Assembly (NCBI RefSeq): GCF_006345805.1
Contig: NC_043000.1
Span: forward strand, 108,190,001-108,254,000
Source of the DNA: Octopus sinensis
Lineage: Eukaryota
Direction of reading: 5' to 3'
DNA length: 64,000 nucleotides
Program-made: the position numbers and the translations under genes
In this document: in pieces, positions 39,399 through 50,206 of the stretch
Position numbering within the stretch: position 1 is the first letter of the stretch
Layout: the number at the start of each line of letters is the position of its first letter
Notes under the pieces: generated by a model
What the model was told of the DNA's origin: nothing
What the model saw: the letters and a program-made list of their open reading frames with translations, nothing else
Databases searched by the model: none

Positions 39399-39964
39399 TT
39401 GGGTTGTCCGGAAAGTTCGTGCCGATTTATAGCAGCTTACCTTTCGACTTATTTTAGAACATGGTTGAGTCCATAAAATAGGATTTGACTACACCTCCAT
39501 TTAGAGCACAGTTTTAGCTATCTTTTCGTGGAAGAAGGTTTATCTTCCTATAACCTGTGTTAATTTTGTAACCCTTTAAAATGGAAGATAAGACAGTTCA
39601 TTTTCGGCACTTGATGCTTTGGGAACCAGACAAAAATTGCTGCAGCTCGGCTGGGATTTGTTACCCCACCCTCCATATTCACCAGATATTGCTCCTTCGG
39701 GTTTCCACTTATTCAGGTATCTGCAGATTAGTGTTAATGGTAAAAATTTCGATTCCTTGGATGCCGTAAAAAGATACCTTGATGAATTCTTTGCCATGAA
39801 ACCACCTCAATTCTGGGAAGAGTGTATTTTCAAGTTAAAGGCAAGATGGAGACGCGTTGTGCAACAAAATGTTTCATATCTGGTTGATTAAAAATGTAAC
39901 GGCAAGTATTTATTGACCTTTTTCTCTCCTTTAAAAATCGGCACGAACTTTCCGAACAACCCAA
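39399..39964 (+). mobile_element. Mariner MITE (566 bp), internally deleted
   Basis: TIRs ttgggttgtccggaaagttcgtgccgattt and aaatcggcacgaactttccgaacaacccaa with TA TSDs; residual LPHPPYSPDIAPSGFHLF. Confidence 0.92.
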
Positions 39965-40501
39965 TACTTTCTAGTGGCTATGAGTTGTTTTGACACTTAT
40001 TTCTAGCAATACCGAATAAGCTACTCTGATTTTGTGAAATTTCTACAATAACCCTTATAAACTGACAAAGCGAGTTGAGTTTAACCCTAGGCACTGGGTG
40101 AGGGCCACTGAGGAGCATTAATAAAAATGTGAAATCATTGGTGATTTGGCCATGCTCGGGTGCGGTAGGGAGCTTACCGCGCTTTTCGGTCATTAAGATA
40201 AGTGCTATGTCTGTATGCGTTTTCTAGTGACTATGAATGAGCGTGTGTATCATAATATATATATTCATGTAATCCGGTAGTATTCGTAAAGAAGCCTGTT
40301 AATGTGCCATTTTATATTAGTGCAGACACATTAAGTAATTTATTTATTATTAAATATCATAATATAAGTTATTTACAGCTTTTTTTAGTTATAAAGCAAA
40401 TTTATCGTGGTATTTGGATTTTTTATCGTTAAATAAGTATTCAGCTAAATATTTCTGTCATTTATGACTATATATACATACATACACACATACATACATG
40501 C

Positions 40502-40530
<29 letters not shown>

Positions 40531-40532
<2 letters not shown>

Positions 40533-41412
40533 CCTGGGCTGATCAATAAATATTTCATTTCTGTTGCTATAGTAACGAGGCAAAAGCATCCAAAATGAAG
40601 CTTGGCACAAATTGACCTTAAGCTGTGTTTTGCATGCGCATGAAGTTTTAACATTGTAACTCACTTCTGCTGTTTGCACCAGTGCTTGGAGGGAAGGTTG
40701 TAGCGTGTGATTGTCGCATTAACCATAACATAGAAAGCTGACCAGAGAATCTGCATCAAATCTTGCCAAAAGCTCGGTGATACCTGCTCAGAAGCCTACG
40801 CAAAGTTTTTATCGTTTTCGACACGACGCAGTCAAGTTGAGCTTGTGCAACTGAAACCCGAGTGTTCTTTTGGTCAGCTGAAAACAGTTTTTGGCACAAA
40901 CTTGGCAGACACGCATCTCATACTCAAATCTTCAGTGATAATGGATTGAGCTGAACCGTAACTAATATGCACATCCTCTGATAACTCACGGATGGTGTTT
41001 CTACTCACAGCTGCTCGCACATCTGCGATGTTTTCCTCAGTTCTGGTGGCTGCGGGTCTCCCAGTACGTTCGTCAATATCGACATGTTTTCGCCCGTCTT
41101 GGAATCGTCTGAACCACTCAAACACTTGTGTGCGACTCATACACTCCTCTCCATACACTTTCTGTAACTTTGCCTGGGCCTCTGAGCAGGTATCGCCATG
41201 ACAAATATCTTCGTCATGGTCAATGCGACGATCACCCGCTACGAACGTTCTATCCAAGCACTGCTGTAAACAGCGCAAGTGGGCTAGAACGTTTAAACAA
41301 AGAAAGCACGTAGAACAGGGTTCAAGTTCAATCTGTGGCAAGTGACGTCACTCTGCGTGCTTTAGATTCGTTACTATGGTAACAGTCAGGATACTTATCG
41401 ATCAGACCTCGT

Positions 41413-41414
<2 letters not shown>
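40531..41414 (-). mobile_element. Non-autonomous mariner made of two inverted 5' ends (copy 1)
   Basis: Minus strand HTH region GDTCSEAQAKLQKVYGEECMSRTQVFEWFRRF..GRP..CVSAKFVPK; plus strand carries a diverged second 5' end ending gatacctgctcagaagcctacgcaaagtt. Confidence 0.85.
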
Positions 41415-41445
<31 letters not shown>

Positions 41446-41463
41446 TATATATATGTATATATA

Positions 41464-42345
41464 TACCTGGGCTGATCAATAAATATTTCATTTCTGTTGC
41501 TATAGTAACGAGGCAAAAGCATCCAAAATGAAGCTTGGCACAAATTGACCTTAAGCTGTGTTTTGCATGCGCATGAAGTTTTAACATTGTAACTCACTTC
41601 TGCTGTTTGCACCAGTGCTTGGAGGGAAGGTTGTAGCGTGTGATTGTCGCATTAACCATAACATAGAAAGCTGACCAGAGAATCTGCATCAAATCTTGCC
41701 AAAAGCTCGGTGATACCTGCTCAGAAGCCTACGCAAAGTTTTTATCGTTTTCGACACGACGCAGTCAAGTTGAGCTTGTGCAACTGAAACCCGAGTGTTC
41801 TTTTGGTCAGCTGAAAACAGTTTTTGGCACAAACTTGGCAGACACGCATCTCATACTCAAATCTTCAGTGATAATGGATTGAGCTGAACCGTAACTAATA
41901 TGCACATCCTCTGATAACTCACGGATGGTGTTTCTACTCACAGCTGCTCGCACATCTGCGATGTTTTCCTCAGTTCTGGTGGCTGCGGGTCTCCAGTACG
42001 TTCGTCAATATCGACATGTTTTCGCCCGTCTTGGAATCGTCTGAACCACTCAAACACTTGTGTGCGACTCATACACTCCTCTCCATACACTTTCTGTAAC
42101 TTTGCCTGGGCCTCTGAGCAGGTATCGCCATGACAAATATCTTCGTCATGGTCAATGCGACGATCACCCGCTACGAACGTTCTATCCAAGCACTGCTGTA
42201 AACAGCGCAAGTGGGCTAGAACGTTTAAACAAAGAAAGCACGTAGAACAGGGTTCAAGTTCAATCTGTGGCAAGTGACGTCACTCTGCGTGCTTTAGATT
42301 CGTTACTATGGTAACAGTCAGGATACTTATCGATCAGACCTCGTA
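41464..42345 (-). mobile_element. Near-identical tandem copy 2 of the same mariner derivative
   Basis: Offset 933/932 bp from copy 1; the only difference noticed is a 1-nt indel near 41993. Confidence 0.9.
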
Positions 42346-42392
<47 letters not shown>

Positions 42393-42441
42393 CAGTGTGT
42401 GTGTGTGCGTGTATGTGTGTAAATATATATATATATATATA

Positions 42442-43611
42442 TCTCTTATTATAAAAGGCAGATTTTATCTGCCTCCCTTTGGGAGTTATACAAATCTACA
42501 ATATAGGATTTCTTCAATTACAATTTACCTAGCAGTTTTAAGAGTACAATGCATCGCGTCATGCCAGGTCCAGTTTTTAAAATTTAAACTCCAATTAAGC
42601 AAAATTTACAGAAAACTCACATTCTGGTGTGTGTGTCAAATGCTTTTCTTAGTCTGGTTTACACCACACGCAAACGCACACACACAGTGGACAACGAATA
42701 AAATGAAAGTAAATGTAATATTTGTTTCTGTCTATCACGCTGATAGATACATGAGTAAAATGTACGGGAAGCTAACAGATAACAGTGAGTGAAAATGTTC
42801 TTGGAAGAGAGTAAATTAGCGACAGTGATTTGAGGAAGACTAAACTGAAACTATGAAACAGTGTTTATGTATAAACAGACGACACTTATATAAACCCTTT
42901 CGTTACCAAACCGCCCGAATTTACCTATTCATATTTAAATGAGAATATCAGAGTAAATCTCTTTAGTACATTCGTGAAAACACGTATTATACTTCGTAAA
43001 CACTTCAAATACAGTTTTGTACAAAAATCGAAGTGTAATTTTAATTTCGTGAATTATGGGAGATTTTTTTCCGAAATTGTTCCTATTGTGTTTTCAAAAT
43101 TTGTAATTCTGACAAAAAATGGATACGAATTTCATTATATCAAGCAGCGAGTCAGAATTCGAAGGATTTTCTACTGAAGACCTTCATAAATCTAACTCTA
43201 TGACTGAAAAAAAAAGCATCTTTATATAAGAGTGAAGTTGTGTGTCTGTCCCCTTCGATTTACATTCGTAATTACTCCCACATTTTGCGGTGCAGTTTAA
43301 CGAAAAGCGGGTATCTTATAGTCGTGATTCATATCGAGCCCTTCTGGGTATTAGCGCGCGTCTACGATGAGTCTACGATTTTAAAAAAATTTACCATCAT
43401 ATTTTTCCATTTTAATGCATTTTTTTCGCTTTTATATAAGGGAAGTAACTCTCTAAAAATATCTACGATGTGTCAACGATTTTAAAAAAATTTACCTTAA
43501 TTTTTTTTCAATTTTTAATGCATTTTTTTGCTATTTTTTGGCTATAACTCTCTAAAATGCTTATATAGTTATTTCCCTTACAACCCGAGCAACGCCGGGC
43601 GATACTGCTAG
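42442..43611 (+). mobile_element. Helitron-bounded module 1 (head A plus short Helitron B at 43219-43611)
   Basis: 5' TC after A; 3' hairpin cccgagcaacgccggg then CTAG|T at 43608-43612. Confidence 0.8.
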
Positions 43612-44567
43612 TCTTATTATAAAAGGCAGATTTTATCTGCCTCCCTTTGTAAGTTATAGAAATCTACAATATAGGATTTCTTCAATTACAATTTACCTAG
43701 CATTTTTAAGAGTAGAATGCATCGGGTCATGCCAGGTCCGGTTTTTAAATTTTCAACCCCAATTAAGCAAAATTTAGAGAAAACTCACATTCTGGTGTAT
43801 ATGTCAAATGTTTTTCTTAATGTGGGATACACCACACGCAAAGGCACACACACACAAAGGGAGCGACTGTTTCACTGACGCTATCACCCTTCTCCTCCTT
43901 TGTCTTTGCAAGTTTGCAGCTATTAAAGTGAAAACAGTGAATCCGACAGCGATTAAGAAAATGAATTGGTACCTGAATGGAGTGAAAATTTAAAAACTGT
44001 TTCTTTCGGTGATTTTTCTGAAGAAACTGCACCAAGCCACAGACTTTCCCAGAAGAGTATAAAGCCTTAAACTATTTCTTTTTACTTTTCGAATGAGCCT
44101 ATTTGAAATCATTACGCTAAACGTAAACAAAGCGAAAGAAAGGATAGTTTGTTATTTCCCACAACCTTAAATTTAATTAAGGCCTATTTTGCCATAAATA
44201 TTATTATGGGTATCAGAAAGTTACCCAGAATAACAAATTCTATCGTAAAATTTTGTTGTATACCCAATTGAATATTAGCTAATAACCCATTTTCTATAGC
44301 GATGTTTGAACAAAATTTAAATAATTTTATATATTGTTGAATTTACCTGTATCTACCTGCAATTAGAGTCACTTTGTGACAAAAATTATAGTATAGAATT
44401 GGTTGAGAACATTTCACTAAATTATCTTCCAAAAATCAGATTAATATATTCATAAATAAAAAAAGTTATAGTTGTTTAATGAAACCAGACTAAATTTATG
44501 ATTACGTTAGAAATTAATTGAAACACATAAGGGGTGTATTTTGGTCAGAAATATAGTAACGAAAGGG
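42895..44567 (+). mobile_element. piggyBac-like element, internally deleted and interrupted by Helitron sequence
   Basis: Perfect 12-bp TIRs ccctttcgttac and gtaacgaaaggg, flanked by taaa and TTAA; ATG 43119 MDTNFIISSSESEFEGFSTED; continuation near 43930-44130 EWSENLKTVSFGDFSEETAP..LNYFFLLF. Confidence 0.7.
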
Positions 44568-45070
44568 TTAAGAAAAACCAAAAAATATTTTATTCTTTAT
44601 AAATGTTGTATTCAAAATAACATTTTCTGTTAAGAATGTGTATATAACAAAGTATGTGTATATAACTACGTGACTTATATCTTTATATAAGAGTGAAGTT
44701 GTGTGTCTGTCTCCTACGATTTAGATTCCTAACTACTCCCACATTTTGCGGTGCAGTGTAACCAAAACCGGGTATCTTATAGTCGTGAGTCATATCGAGC
44801 CCTTCTGTGTATTAGCGCGCGTCTACGATGAGTCTACGATTTTAAAAAAATTTACCATCATATTTTTCCATTTTAATGCATTTTTTCGCTATTATATAAG
44901 GGAAGTAACTCTCTAAAAATATCTACGATGTGTCAACGATTTAAAAAGAAATTTACCTTAATTTTTTTCCATTTTTAATGCATTTTTTTCCTATTTTTTG
45001 GCTATAACTCCCTAAAAATGCTTATATAGTTATTTCCTTACAACCCGAGCAACGCCGGGCGATACTGCTA

Positions 45071-45071
<1 letters not shown>
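43612..45071 (+). mobile_element. Helitron-bounded module 2 (head A' plus short Helitron B' at 44680-45071)
   Basis: Head homologous to 42442-42680; B' homologous to B with the same hairpin and CTAG|T end. Confidence 0.8.
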
Positions 45072-45099
<28 letters not shown>

Positions 45100-45106
<7 letters not shown>

Positions 45107-45458
45107 ATAAATATAGGGAATAAATCCAAACTTACAGGGAAAAATCAGATTTAGGATTGAATCCAATTTTATAGTAAAATATTATATTATATTAAATTAG
45201 AGACAAAACCACTATTAGGCAAATCAAAGAATGAAAGACTTAAGCCAATACATATGATTAATTTATATTATTTAAATATGTAACAATTATTAAAAAATAT
45301 AATTAATATTATTATATTAATATTAATATTAACATTAATTATATTTTTTAATAATTGTTACATATTTAAATAATATAAATTAATCATATGTATTGGCTTA
45401 AGTCTTTCATTGTTTGATTTGCCTAATAGTGGTTTTGTCTCTAATTTAATATAATATA
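45100..45458. repeat. Penelope-like end folded into an AT-rich palindrome
   Basis: Arms 45183-45307 and 45334-45458 with one mismatch seen, 26-nt spacer; the PLE assignment is from recall. Confidence 0.8.
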
Positions 45459-46459
45459 TATATATATATATATATTACGCGATCGAAAGCATGCAAAATC
45501 TACACACACACAAGCACATTCGTTCAGACACACGCGCGGTGATTCAAGCGTTTGGGAGTAATATAAACTGGCTAATAACCGAGTTTAGTTGAGATCAGTT
45601 AAGCTTCTTAGTTTTACCACTCTCTACTCTGTTATATCTTAGCACTACTACCAGCTTACTATAGCGTTCAATCTTCTCGTCAATGTATTATCAAAACCCC
45701 CTCTTTGGATATCTTTGGATATCTTTGGCTTTGGTATTCCACGATAGTTGGTGTACTGCTCTGCCGTTCATACACCCTGCCAAGTGTACTTACATTAAAA
45801 CTGAAATGCAATTGAAACGAAAAGAAAACGCTGTACCAAAAGAGGAAAATGAAAGAACTTTTCGTCTTATCCTTCTGCCTGAAGGCATAGACAAAACTTG
45901 ATGAGAAGTTCTACAAGAAATAATAAGTGCCGCTTTTAAATGCTAGGTGTCAATGGCTGTAATTGACAGTCAAATGAACTTTCTTGAAAGAAAGACAGTT
46001 TGCAAAATATAACAATTTCACCTTCTGCCTGGAGGAAGAATCATTATATTGTACCCTTACACGCGCGCACAGACACACACGTACACACACACACATACAC
46101 ACACACACATACACTCATCTTATATATAACACTTAGGTGTTTCAGTAAGTCAATGAAATCAATGAAATCAACCTAGCTCTCTTATTCTTTAAAGTTTGGT
46201 ACTTATCAAATCGAGTTATTCTGCAAAACAGCTAGGCTACGGGAACATAAACAAATAAACACAGTTGTCAAGCGATGATGGGTTACCAACGTGCATACAT
46301 GCATGTATATACAATAATATTCCATACAGTTTCCGTTTACGAAATTCGGTCTTAAGCATGGTCGACTCGAAACTATAGAAAAATCTTGCCCGATGTTTCG
46401 GGCACACACATATATGATGTATATAGTCATTCACTGCACACTTTTTTCTCTCCGATTTT

Positions 46460-46570
46460 TTTCTCTCAAACCTTTCTGTTGAAGAGCGTACGCTCGAAAC
46501 GCCAAAGACTTTTCCATTCTTCCTGAGCGTTAAACTAATATTTGTTATACCTTGACGCGTCTTCATCTTT
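46460..46570 (+). mobile_element. Penelope-like terminal repeat with hammerhead-like motif
   Basis: CTGTTGA-A-GAGC-GTAC-GCTC-GAAACG...CGTT-AAA; homologous to 22780-22940. Confidence 0.6.
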
Positions 46571-46631
46571 TTTTCAATACATTTGATTTACACACGCACA
46601 CACACACACGTATATATAGAGATACACATAC

Positions 46632-46668
<37 letters not shown>

Positions 46669-46765
46669 CATATATTTGATTTACACACGCACACACACAC
46701 ACACGTATATATAGAGATACACATACATACATATATATATATATATGTATATATATATACATATA

Positions 46766-46808
<43 letters not shown>

Positions 46809-46913
46809 TATATATATACATATATTTGATTTACACACGCACACACACACACGTATATATAGAGATACACATACATACATATATATATATATATGTATAT
46901 ATATATACATATA

Positions 46914-46972
<59 letters not shown>

Positions 46973-47000
46973 ATGTAGGTATGTATGTATGTATTGTATA

Positions 47001-47492
47001 TACATGGGGCAATGGGTAAATTGTCGCTGTTTCATATTTTCAATTTGGAGCATGGACATTGTTCATTTTGGATTTTGTCGACTAAACGATATAGTAGAGT
47101 AAGTTAGGCACAATCTTTGAGAAAAGCAGCAACTTGACGCAGTTCACTCTGCCAGAATTTGGAAATGACATATTGTGCTGCTTGGCATTCGCACCGGAAT
47201 CTCCAATAAGAACATTTCAGAGTGTTTATGTGTTAGTTTTAGGACAGGGCAATCTGAGGACGTGTACATGTTGTTGGAGTGATCACTAGTGATGGCGACG
47301 TTTAGCCTCAATTCATTTCCCACACGGCCTCACACTCAACATGAAGGCTTACATCAAGAGCCTAAAGGAGATAGTGCTGCCCTGGGTTAGAAGGGCGGTT
47401 GCTGGAACACCCTATGTCTGGCAACAGGTCTCCGCACCGTGCTACACGAACAGGAGAACCCAGTCATGGCTGATAGACAATTTCTGCAACCG
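47001..47492 (+). mobile_element. DD37D-family remnant related to 29529-30364
   Basis: TIR-like tacatggggcaatgggtaaattgtcgc; AYIKSLKEIVLPWVRR..YVWQQVSAPCY..QSWLIDNFCN. Confidence 0.75.
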
Positions 47493-47624
47493 CAGACTAC
47501 ATATCCAAGTTTGTAGTCTCCTGTTCTGATACTAGGAGTAACAATGTATATCCACGAAGATGCGCGTGCGTGTTTGTCTTGTCTTTTATCGGTTTCAATC
47601 GAAGGCTGGAGCAACGGTTTTCAG

Positions 47625-47780
47625 TGTGTTTGAGTTTCTTTTCCGCTCTGGCTTTCGTGAAGTAGCGAGTTGGACGCATGTGCTCTTCTTTGTGAGTTTA
47701 TCTGGTTTTTCAGATAGAACTTTGTCCAGCTGCTCTTTGAATACCTCCACAACTATACCACGCAAATCTCTGACGTAATG
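47625..47780 (-). mobile_element. 3' stub of a CR1-group LINE
   Basis: LRGIVVEVFKEQLDKVLSEKPDK..ASNSLL resembles the C-terminus of the LINE at 14372-17250. Confidence 0.55.
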
Positions 47781-48985
47781 GACCCTTGAAATCTAAGCTG
47801 TTATAGTACTGGTTCCTTATTCAAGAGGGATAAGACGGTATCTTTGATTCTATGCAGTGTCTTCCGGTTCGCTGGCTGAAAATGTTTGGAAATATTTTAT
47901 GAAACTAAATAAAATGTGGGAGTTAACTCTTTGCTGTTAACACTTTTATTGTTGAAGACGTAACGTTTCGTTCAGTAGCATTGCATTTTAACCAAACAGA
48001 TTTAGATTTTATAATCTTGAAAATCTGATGCAAGTTCTCCAAGCTGTACCACGTTTATGTATTTAAAAAAATAGCAGCAGTAAGACAACGAGACACTTCT
48101 ATTTTTTTTAAATGATTTGTGTAGTGGTAGGAGTAGTAGCAGCTGGAGGAGCAACAGAATTGAGGTAAGAGAAGAAACGCTGGGCAAAAAGAAATTAACT
48201 GACATCTCTTCAGTGCTTGAAAGCATATCTATCTACATCGATGAAGTAATATAGGAGAAAAGTGAAAGTCGAGGATGAAACTGTTGAAGGATACATCACT
48301 AAGCAATGCATTAACATACTGTTCAAAGTTTTCTTACTTTTTTGCGTAACATATTTTGGATATGTTCATACTAATCATCAATTAACTACCACATGCAAAT
48401 ATGCTAACGGAACACAAAGAATCTCCGTATAACAACACAAATAAAGACCTTATAATTTGGATATATATTTAATGGGGAATATGCTCTTTGATTCTGATAC
48501 AGGAAATATAAAAAAAAAACTCGACTAGCTTATGTAAATTTCGAAATAGCCAAATACACATGAATATTAGTTCAATAAAATCAATGTCAACCAAAGCAAA
48601 GAGTCAAACTTTATGATTTTAGTGATGCAAATAAAACGAGCTGGCATGAATGTCCACGTGATGGATGCGTTTATGTACTAAATGGAAGTTTTAGAGGTAT
48701 ACTCTACCCTAAAAGAAGATGAAAGAAACATTCACGTTTCATGTGTGGAGAAATAAGAGCAGGTTCGATTTAAAGTAGATTTTGATACAAAAATACTGGC
48801 AAAATTAAGAAAATACATTCTCAGAATTAAAGCACGCCACCGAAACAAAATAAAGAAATTAAGCATATACAGAAATATGGAAATACAGGTAACCAACATA
48901 TATAAATTTTATGTATATTTGTATGTATGCACGTATGCATGTATGTATGTATGTATGTATGTATGTGTGTGTGTGTGTTTGTGTA

Positions 48986-49392
48986 TCTCTTATATAAAAT
49001 TCGCTCTGTCGGTCTCTGTGTTTGTGTAGCTTCTAGGATCTCAGGCATCCTCCATCCGATTGTGCACAAATTTCATATGTAGATACCGATGGTATCAGGG
49101 CGTGTATAAATCTCGAAAAAATTACAAAAATCGATTCCAGGTGTGAATGAGATCGATAAAGCCGTGGGAAATCGTTTTTCTTTGGAATAGAAAAAAGTCT
49201 ATCGCTATTTCTTCTTTTGCTGGGGTCTCAAATTTAGGTTAAATCAGTTTTTTTCAAAGGGGAGGCCTATGGGACGGTCGGACAAGTTGTTTTGAGGAAA
49301 TTTGGTTTAAACGTTTGACAACTCAGCACCGTCCATTGGACGGGGGGGGGAGCGTTTTGTTCGTAGATATATAAGACAGACAGAACGGATTT

Positions 49393-49398
<6 letters not shown>
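48986..49398 (+). mobile_element. Helitron/Helentron-like (DINE-type) or MITE non-autonomous element
   Basis: Starts with TC; 20-bp terminal inverted repeats tatataaaattcgctctgtc and gacagaacggattttatata (2 mismatches). Confidence 0.6.
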
Positions 49399-49436
<38 letters not shown>

Positions 49437-49464
49437 ATATGTATATGTGTACACACATAGACAC

Positions 49465-49950
49465 ATGAAGTGGTATCAAAAACGATCTGCAAGACGTGCC
49501 ACGAGCGTCACCCCCAGAAATATGGAGAAAATTCATCAGCTTGTGCATGAGAATCGTCGGAGGATAATCAACGACATTTTCAAGTGTCTGATGGAGGACA
49601 TTTGGCAACATCGAATGGATCTGGGGAGTGCGAAGGACTAGATTCTCCGAAACGACAATGCACCCTGTCACCAAGCTCTCCTCACTCGTGTGTTTCTCGC
49701 CAAACAACATGGTATCGCTCCTGCACCCGTCTTATTTGCCAGATTTAGCACCTGTGGACTTCCACCTCTTCCACAAGAGGAAAATGCAGCTCAAAGGTCA
49801 CCGTCTTAGCAACGTTGCCGAGATCAAGAGCGAATCGCAGAAGGTTCACAAGTTGTTTATGGAAAACGAATCCAGGCCGGATTCGAAAAGTGACAGGAAC
49901 ACTGGTACCGGTGTTTGGTGCGCAAGGTGACTATTTCGAAGGAGAATGTG
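49465..49950 (+). mobile_element. Mariner remnant
   Basis: RNDNAPCHQ..HPSYLPDLAPVDFHLF..KMQLKG; related to 30414-31325. Confidence 0.7.
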
Positions 49951-50138
49951 TATATGTATGTATAGTATATACATGATATATATATATAAATGGATGAATG
50001 AATTATCCTTTGTTTACAGTTAACACGGAAATTTCAATAAACAGTTTCCAGGGTAGCAAAATTCACGCAAGTAACAAGGATGTAGCGACCTATTCGAAGG
50101 TAGAAAATCCGGGTTAATGTGCAATAATTTGTATAGTG

Positions 50139-50206
50139 TAAGTAAATAAATGGAGTTGAACGCAGATGTTATTCAAATTCTGCGTTCAACTCCATTTATT
50201 TACTTA
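50139..50206. repeat. Perfect 28-bp hairpin with 12-nt loop
   Basis: taagtaaataaatggagttgaacgcaga and tctgcgttcaactccatttatttactta. Confidence 0.95.
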
